Positions 15,883 through 21,878 of a DNA stretch of 21,878 nt are shown piece after piece; positions within the stretch are counted from its first letter, which is position 1, and each line of letters opens with the position of its first letter. The notes beneath the pieces were generated by a model. That model ran no database searches and had not been told where the DNA came from. It worked only from the letters and a program-made list of their open reading frames with translations. Origin of the DNA: Acidobacteriota bacterium (GTDB taxonomy: Bacteria; Acidobacteriota; UBA4820; DSQY01); contig JBMFSH010000038.1 of NCBI GenBank assembly GCA_049967655.1, positions 1 through 21,878 on the forward strand. The letters run 5' to 3'. Made by a program: the position numbers and the translations under genes.

Positions 15883-17696
15883 TTATCCTGCGAAGACCCT
15901 GGTTGGTCCTTATGGTCCTTCTCTGGACCCTGGCAGCGCTGGGCCAGGAGGAGCTACCGCAGGCCGGTCTCAAGGCGGAGATGGAGGGACATTGGTCCAC
16001 GGCCATCTCCGTCTATGAGTCGGTGTTGGCCGGGCATCCTAATCGTGCCGATTTGTGGGTTCGCATCGCGGAGATCGAGGGGAAAGAAAAGCATCCCTCC
16101 CAGGCCGCCGAGGCGTTAGAACGCGCCGTCGCTCTGAACCCCACCGACGACGCCCTCCTCTTCAAGCTCTCCCAGGCCTACGCCGAGAGCGGAAACAAGC
16201 GGGAAGCGCTGGCCTCCGTGCGGAAGGCCCTTGCCCTCAAGCCCGATGAGCCTCGCTACCTCTCCGCCGGCGTCCGCCTGGCTACCTGGAACGACGACTA
16301 CGCCTACGCCTTGGAGCTCAACCGGCATTTGCTCCTGCTCAATCCTACCGATGCCCAGGCCCAGTGGGATTCGGCGCGGCTGGAAAGCTTCCAGGGTGAG
16401 CTCGACCGCTCGGCCCACGATTATGCCGCCTATCTGAAGCGCTACCCTCACGAACGCCAGGCGCTCATGGAGTACGTATCTGTGCAGACGTGGCGGGGCG
16501 ACTACGCGGCGGCCCTGGCGCTGTTGGAGCGCTATAGCCATGATTTCGGGGCCGACCAGCCCTATCGGGATCAGAAGGCGCTCGTTCTCGCCCTGGCCAA
16601 TCGTTCCAAGGAGGCCCTCGCCATAGCCGATCCCGGTCTGGCCGCCCATCCTGCCGATTTCAAGCTTGCCTGCGCCAAGGCCATCGCCTTAGCCAACGGA
16701 CGTCAGCCCGAAGAGGCTCTCCAGGGCCTCCAGACCGTCCAAGCCTTGCAGCCGAACGACCCCCTCGCGAAGGGCGTGCGCCTTTTCGTGACGACGCCTC
16801 TGCGCTCCACCCTCGAGGCTGATGCGGGCTACAGCCACGATTCGGATGATCTCTCTCTCTGGTACTATGCTCTGCAAGCGAAGCTGGCACTGAGCCCCGT
16901 TACTTTCGTGAAGGTCGGGGGATGGTGGGACGGGCTTTCCGCCCAAGCCGGCTCGGGTCTGGAACAGCTCAACGGGGACGAGAATTCCTGGCAGCGGAGT
17001 GCGTGGGTGGGACTCACCCATCGCTTCTCCCCCACCTTCGCCTTGGATCTCAATCTGGGAGGAGCGAGCATACAAAACGGGCCCACCCTGACCACCTATC
17101 AGGTGGCCGCGGACTTTCAGCCCACTGATACGGTGGCGCTGAGGCTGACGCGCGGCTATGGGTTTTACGTGATCTCGCCGCGGGCGCTCTCTGAAGACAT
17201 CCGCCAGACTATCAACCGCCTCGATTTGCACGCCGATTTGGGGCTTCTCTACCACCTCGACGCCGAAGGCAGCTTCGATACCTTCTCCGATGGCAACCGG
17301 CTGTGGGACATTGCCCTCGCCCCCCGCCGCCAAGTGTTGCGGACGGGCCACTTCAACCTGGACATGGGCGTGCGCGGTTGGTGGTTCGGCTTCCAGGAGG
17401 ATCCCGGGCACGGCTACTACGCTCCCAACCTCTATCAGCGCTACGCCTTGACCCTCTTTGGTTACTGGAAGATCGACGATAACGACGGCATCGGCCTGGT
17501 TCTCGCGCCGGGCGCCCTGAAAGACAGCACCATGAACCACTTCCGCTTCGGAATGGACGCTTCGATCGAGGGTACCTTCGGCATCTACCGCAACTGGATG
17601 CTTCGGGTGGGCGTGAGCCACGTGGACAACAGCCGTGTCTTTAGCGGTGCCTACCGAGGAACCTCGGCTACCTTGGCCCTCGTGCGCCGATTCTGA
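15879..17696 (+). CDS. Exported TPR-repeat protein with a C-terminal outer-membrane beta-barrel (PgaA/BcsC-like architecture)
   Basis: Signal peptide, many TPR-like repeats (ALALKP, LLLNP, QALQP), amphipathic beta region with a GYYAP motif and terminal Phe; ATGA overlap with the GT2 stop. Confidence 0.8.
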   Translation: MIILRRPWLVLMVLLWTLAALGQEELPQAGLKAEMEGHWSTAISVYESVLAGHPNRADLWVRIAEIEGKEKHPSQAAEALERAVALNPTDDALLFKLSQAYAESGNKREALASVRKALALKPDEPRYLSAGVRLATWNDDYAYALELNRHLLLLNPTDAQAQWDSARLESFQGELDRSAHDYAAYLKRYPHERQALMEYVSVQTWRGDYAAALALLERYSHDFGADQPYRDQKALVLALANRSKEALAIADPGLAAHPADFKLACAKAIALANGRQPEEALQGLQTVQALQPNDPLAKGVRLFVTTPLRSTLEADAGYSHDSDDLSLWYYALQAKLALSPVTFVKVGGWWDGLSAQAGSGLEQLNGDENSWQRSAWVGLTHRFSPTFALDLNLGGASIQNGPTLTTYQVAADFQPTDTVALRLTRGYGFYVISPRALSEDIRQTINRLDLHADLGLLYHLDAEGSFDTFSDGNRLWDIALAPRRQVLRTGHFNLDMGVRGWWFGFQEDPGHGYYAPNLYQRYALTLFGYWKIDDNDGIGLVLAPGALKDSTMNHFRFGMDASIEGTFGIYRNWMLRVGVSHVDNSRVFSGAYRGTSATLALVRRF

Positions 17697-17790
17697 GACA
17701 GCGCCAGGCTAACCACGCGCTGAAAGGAACGGCCATTCGCGTACGTTCACAAGGCTGAGGGACGGTCCCGTGAGTTTCGGGCGGTGAGGT

Positions 17791-18090
17791 TCAGATCCCC
17801 AGGCCGCTGAGGGTGTCGACGACCTGGGCCACGGCCCAGGCGAGGTCGGGGTGGCTGGTCTCGAACAGGGCCATGGAGTCTTCCAGGCGCTCGCGGAGTG
17901 ACTGCTCGCGCTGGAAGGGGGGCTCGCCCGGTTTTTCGAGGAGCTCCCGGGTATCCCGCATGAGTTCGCGAAGCAGCTCCCGGGTCGGCTCGTCCACGTT
18001 CCTGGCCTGCTGGAGCTGGTCGTGAAGCGCCTGAAGCTTCTCCCTGAGCTCCTCGGGGTTTTGGGCGGGGACTTGCTTCTCATCCGGCAT
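17791..18090 (-). CDS. DUF4404-like small helical protein
   Basis: L..LH..L, FE.SHP.L and C-terminal LS.LGI pattern; start at MPDEK after AGGAGG. Confidence 0.75.
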   Translation of the reverse strand: MPDEKQVPAQNPEELREKLQALHDQLQQARNVDEPTRELLRELMRDTRELLEKPGEPPFQREQSLRERLEDSMALFETSHPDLAWAVAQVVDTLSGLGI

Positions 18091-18159
18091 GGAAGGCCTC
18101 CTTTTCTTGTTCAAGTATGAGGCCTCGGAGCCCCAGGAGCCAGCACCGGCCCGGTGCCC

Positions 18160-20577
18160 CTACATGAGGACGTAGGGATCCACCTCCACCAGCATGTCGC
18201 GTCCGCTGTGTGGGCCGAGGGGGCTGTCCAGCAGGCCCGCGAGGAGGGTCTGGAGGCGCCTGCGCTCCCGGCTCCTCAGCAGGATGTGTTTGCGGTAGCG
18301 CCCCTCCAGGCGGGGAATGGGAGGGTCCACCGGGCCGAGGAGCCTGACCTCGCGGTCGGCGGAGGCGCGTAGGTGCCGCTCGGCCTGGCGGGAGAGGCTA
18401 TCGACCTTGGCGGGGTCTGCGTGGCGGAACTCGATCCGCGCCAGGGCCGCGGTGGGAGGGTAACCTACCGTTTTCCTGTACCGGATGTCCTTATCGTAGA
18501 AGCTCACGAAGTCGTGGGTGGTGGCGGCCTGGACGGCGTAGTGCTCCGGATGGAAGGACTGGAGGACCACCCGGCCGGGAAGGCGGCCCCGGCCGGCGCG
18601 CCCGGCGGCCTGCGTGATGAGCTGGAAGGTGCGCTCGGCGGCCCGGAAGTCGGGCAGCCCCAGCAGGAAATCGGCGGAGAGGATGCCCACGAGCGTGACG
18701 TTGGGGATGTCGTGGCCCTTGGCCACCATCTGCGTGCCCGCCATGACGGAGATGCGTCCGGCCTCGAAGTCCCGCCAGAGGGTGTCGAAGGCACGGACGG
18801 TCCTCACCGCGTCGCGGTCCATGCGGGCCACCCGCACGCCGGGGAGGGCCTGGGCCACGGCCTCCTCGACCTTCTCCGTGCCCTCGCCCAGAAACTGGAG
18901 GATCTCCCCTCCGCAGAAGGGGCACTGCTGCGGGACCGGCGCCTGGCGGCCGCAGTAGTGGCACTTGAGGTAAAGGGCCTTGCGGTGGAAGGTCATGGCC
19001 ACGGCGCAGGCCTCGCACTGGATGGTCCGTCCGCACTGCCGGCACAGGACGAAGGTGGCGTATCCCAGCCGGTTCCTCAAAAGGACCGCCTGGCGGCCCT
19101 GGGCGAGCTCCTCCTGGAGCGCCCCGGAGAGGGCGCGGGAAAGGGTCGTCTTGGCGCCCGTGGCGCGGAACTCCTCCCGCATGTCCACGATCTGGACCGG
19201 GGGCAGGACCGCCGTTCCGGTCCGCTCGGGCAGGGTGAGCAGGCTGTATTTTCCGGCCTCGGTGGCGTTGTAGTAGGACTCCACGGAGGGGGTCGCCGAG
19301 CCAAGGACAACGGGAACTCCGGCCAGCATGGCCCGGATCACCGCCATGTCCCTTGCGTGGTAGCGGGGGAAGTCCTGCTGCTTGTAGCTTCCGTCGTGCT
19401 CCTCGTCCACCACCACGAGCCTGAGGCCGGGCAGGGGAGCGAAGAGGGCCGAGCGGGGGCCGATCACCACCTTGGCGCCGCCCCTGGCCACGCGCAGCCA
19501 CTGCCGAACCCTCTCGTGTTCGGTCATGGAGGAGTGGAGAATGGCCACGGCGCTACCGAAGCGTTCGATCAGGCGCCGGGCCAGAAACGAGGCCAGCGAG
19601 ATCTCGGGTACGAGGTAGAGCGCCGTTCCACCGGAGGCCAGGGCCTCCTCCATGAGCCTCAGGTAGACCTCGGTCTTCCCCGATCCCGTGACGCCGAACA
19701 GGAGAAAGGCTCGGTGGCGGGCCTCGCGCAGGGAGTCGCGCACGGCGCCCACCGCCTCTTCCTGGGCGCCGTTGAGCACGTGGGGTGAGGGGTGGCCGGG
19801 AAGCCTCGCCGTGAGGAGGTCGAAGAGCTCCACCCAACCCGCCTCCGCCATCTCCGAGAGGACGTGCTGGGGGATCTTCGCGGCGTGCGCCACCTGGGAC
19901 ACGGTGGGGAAGCCGCGCTGCTCGAAATCGAGGAGCGCCGAGAGGGCCCGGGCGAAGAATTTCGGCTGGCCCGGATCGGAAGCCATGGCCCTCGCCTCAT
20001 CGGCAGAGATCAGGAGCGCCACGCGGTCCTGCCCCGCGTAGCGGCGGCGGGCGGTCCACTGGGTGTGCTCGATCACCAGCTCCTGGCGCACCGCCTCCTG
20101 GACCCAGAGCGTCGCGGAGGGCCCGAGAAGCGCCTTCAGGGCCGCGAGGCTCCGAGGGCCGCCGCGGAGGGCCTCCGCCAGCGGCGCGAGGGCGTGTCCG
20201 TCCGGCAGGCCGCCGCTGGACACCCATTCGTAGCTCGAGCGGGCGGAGGGATTGAGCCCCGAGGGATAGGCGCAGTGGAGAACCGAACCCCAGGAGACCA
20301 GGTAGTAGTCGGCGATCCAGCGGGTCAGGGCCAGGATGTCGGGCGGAAGGAGCGGGCTTCGGTCCAGCACCTCTTCCAGGGGGCGGAGCGTCTCTGGCGG
20401 CGTGCTCCCCGGATCCTCCACCACGATGCCGATGTGGTGGGTCCTGGCGAAGGGGACGCGCACCCGGCAGCCGGGCCCGGGGACGGGCTGGCCGGCCGGG
20501 ATGGCATAGGTGAAGGTGCCGCGGACGGGGATGGGGAGGGCGACCTGCACGCTGTACCCCCGGGCCCCACCGGTCAT
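18160..20577 (-). CDS. priA: Replication restart helicase PriA (primosomal protein N')
   Basis: GVTGSGKT, DEEH, SATP, four CxxC pairs, GTQMVAKG and QAAGRAGR; start at MTGG overlaps the lpxK stop (ATGA). Confidence 0.96.
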   Translation of the reverse strand: MTGGARGYSVQVALPIPVRGTFTYAIPAGQPVPGPGCRVRVPFARTHHIGIVVEDPGSTPPETLRPLEEVLDRSPLLPPDILALTRWIADYYLVSWGSVLHCAYPSGLNPSARSSYEWVSSGGLPDGHALAPLAEALRGGPRSLAALKALLGPSATLWVQEAVRQELVIEHTQWTARRRYAGQDRVALLISADEARAMASDPGQPKFFARALSALLDFEQRGFPTVSQVAHAAKIPQHVLSEMAEAGWVELFDLLTARLPGHPSPHVLNGAQEEAVGAVRDSLREARHRAFLLFGVTGSGKTEVYLRLMEEALASGGTALYLVPEISLASFLARRLIERFGSAVAILHSSMTEHERVRQWLRVARGGAKVVIGPRSALFAPLPGLRLVVVDEEHDGSYKQQDFPRYHARDMAVIRAMLAGVPVVLGSATPSVESYYNATEAGKYSLLTLPERTGTAVLPPVQIVDMREEFRATGAKTTLSRALSGALQEELAQGRQAVLLRNRLGYATFVLCRQCGRTIQCEACAVAMTFHRKALYLKCHYCGRQAPVPQQCPFCGGEILQFLGEGTEKVEEAVAQALPGVRVARMDRDAVRTVRAFDTLWRDFEAGRISVMAGTQMVAKGHDIPNVTLVGILSADFLLGLPDFRAAERTFQLITQAAGRAGRGRLPGRVVLQSFHPEHYAVQAATTHDFVSFYDKDIRYRKTVGYPPTAALARIEFRHADPAKVDSLSRQAERHLRASADREVRLLGPVDPPIPRLEGRYRKHILLRSRERRRLQTLLAGLLDSPLGPHSGRDMLVEVDPYVLM

Positions 20578-21614
20578 GGCTCCGCTCCGACCAGCTTCCG
20601 CAAGATCCGATCCAGATGACCGTCCGGGTCTTCCACCCTCGCCTCCAGGCGCGGGAAGAGGAGGGGAGCGGGACCCGACCAGAGCGGCGCCCATTTCACG
20701 TGGTCCTTCTCGGTGGTCAGGACGGCGCGTGCCTGCGTCCGCACGGCTTCGTCGAGGAGGCGCTGGAGCCGGGAGGCGTTAGGCCGCGCGTGGTCAGGCC
20801 AGGCCAGGCTCGCTTCGAGCCTCAGGCCGGCCTCCCGGGCCTGCTGGAAGAAGGCGCCCGGGGTGCCGATCCCGGCGAAGGCTACCAGGGGGAGGCCCCT
20901 TAACGCCTCCCAAGAGCCGAACGGGGAGGCGGGCTCGGGTGCGGAGGCCCAGTCGAAGCGAACGCCTACGCGGGGGACTCCCTTCAGCCGGGAGGCCAGA
21001 GGCGCGGGCAACTCTGTGATGTTTCCCCTAGTCACCACCACGAGATCCGCCCTCCTGGCCGCCCGCAGCGGCTCCCTCAGCCGCCCCACCGGTGGGGCGT
21101 GGAGGTCCCGAGGGCGGGAGGCGTCCACGAGGAGGAGATCGACTTCGCGCCGAACGCGCACGTGCTGGAAGGCGTCGTCCAACAGGAGAACGTTGGCGCG
21201 GTCAGCGAGGAGTGCCGCGCCCTCCTCACGCCGTTCGGCCACGGCCACGGCCACGCCCGGCAGACTCCGGGCCAGAAGCAGCGCCTCCTCCCCCGCGGCC
21301 TCGGGAGGGCTGTCGGGTGTCACCAGGTAGGCCCCGACGGTGGCCCGCCCGTACCCCCTGAGGAGCACGGCGGGTCTGCACCCCATGGCCTGGAGGCGGC
21401 GGGCCAGGTGGATCGTGAAGGGGGTCTTGCCGGTTCCTCCGAAGGTGAGGTTGCCGACGGAGAGCGCAGGGAGCCCGAGGTTGATCCCTCGGCCGCGGCC
21501 TCCCGTCAGGCTCGTCTTGGCGGCCGACATGGCCAGAAAAAGGACCCCCAGGGGCCAGAGCGCGTAGGCCCACGCGGGTACTTTCTCCGAGTTCCGAGCT
21601 TCTCCATCCGCCAT
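20574..21614 (-). CDS. lpxK: Tetraacyldisaccharide 4'-kinase
   Basis: SVGNLTFGGTGKTP, LRGYG, LDDAFQH, GRLREP, FAGIG, WPDH and TTEKD. Confidence 0.95.
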   Translation of the reverse strand: MADGEARNSEKVPAWAYALWPLGVLFLAMSAAKTSLTGGRGRGINLGLPALSVGNLTFGGTGKTPFTIHLARRLQAMGCRPAVLLRGYGRATVGAYLVTPDSPPEAAGEEALLLARSLPGVAVAVAERREEGAALLADRANVLLLDDAFQHVRVRREVDLLLVDASRPRDLHAPPVGRLREPLRAARRADLVVVTRGNITELPAPLASRLKGVPRVGVRFDWASAPEPASPFGSWEALRGLPLVAFAGIGTPGAFFQQAREAGLRLEASLAWPDHARPNASRLQRLLDEAVRTQARAVLTTEKDHVKWAPLWSGPAPLLFPRLEARVEDPDGHLDRILRKLVGAEP

Positions 21615-21762
21615 GGCAGCACCCCCGCGGCGCCGAGCGAGCGGACGCCGCCGGTCTCAGGATACCCCACTCGGCGGGCGCGGAGAGAAGCAAAAGGCTG
21701 GTACTGGGAGACAATGAGGCGGCGAGGGAAGGTGGGGCAGTTTGGGTGATGGGTGATGGATC

Positions 21763-21876
21763 CTACCTGTTCAAAATAGACTGCCCTGCCGGCTCTAAAC
21801 TACGGCTGGGTCTGGGCCGCGCCTTTGGCGCGGCGCTGGGGGCCTGGTCCGGGCGCGTCCACGCCAGCGTGGCCGC
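21763..21876 (-). CDS. Possible 3' end of a gene entering from the right edge
   Basis: Open frame AATLAWTRPDQAPSAAPKARP...ILNR* with mostly G/C-ending codons; too short to identify. Confidence 0.25.
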   Translation of the reverse strand, partial: AATLAWTRPDQAPSAAPKARPRPSRSLEPAGQSILNR

Positions 21877-21878
21877 GC

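Noticed and set aside
17707..17795. attC-like imperfect palindrome after the TPR gene (GGCTAAC...GTTCAGA), loosely similar to 14532-14547
   Set aside because: The R boxes deviate from RYYYAAC/GTTRRRY, the L boxes pair poorly, the right end overlaps the DUF4404 stop, and there is no integrase or cassette array. An IntegronFinder hit would reopen this.
21816..21834. GCCGCGCC-TTT-GGCGCGGC hairpin as a terminator or REP element
   Set aside because: No U-tract, a single copy in the window, and it may lie inside a partial CDS.

Overview
GC-rich chromosomal DNA from a diderm (LPS-making) bacterium; no mobile element, rRNA, tRNA or CRISPR array is recognisable. From left to right: a small His/Cys-rich hypothetical gene; a minus-strand run of acyl-lipid desaturase, exported OB-fold protein, GNAT, SDR, secreted SGNH hydrolase and FadL-type channel; a plus-strand run of a divergent alanine-dehydrogenase-family enzyme, a family I CoA-transferase, a 75-aa Rdx/SelW-type selenoprotein and a stand-alone RsbRD_N-like helical protein; a stand-alone trpB2; an Nramp-USP fusion; a GT2 synthase-like gene coupled to a TPR/beta-barrel gene; DUF4404; priA; lpxK. 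The two strongest findings are absent from the ORF track: (1) a Trp attenuator upstream of trpB2 (promoter, WWW leader peptide, antiterminator, terminator), and (2) the selenoprotein, with a CxxU motif, in-frame TGA and SECIS hairpin. Other leads are the loss of the Lys75-equivalent in the Ald-like enzyme, a two-gene polysaccharide module with a QIYLW variant motif, a 21-bp-period repeat array, and paired G-rich heptamer arrays. All family assignments come from motif recognition by eye; no database searches were run.
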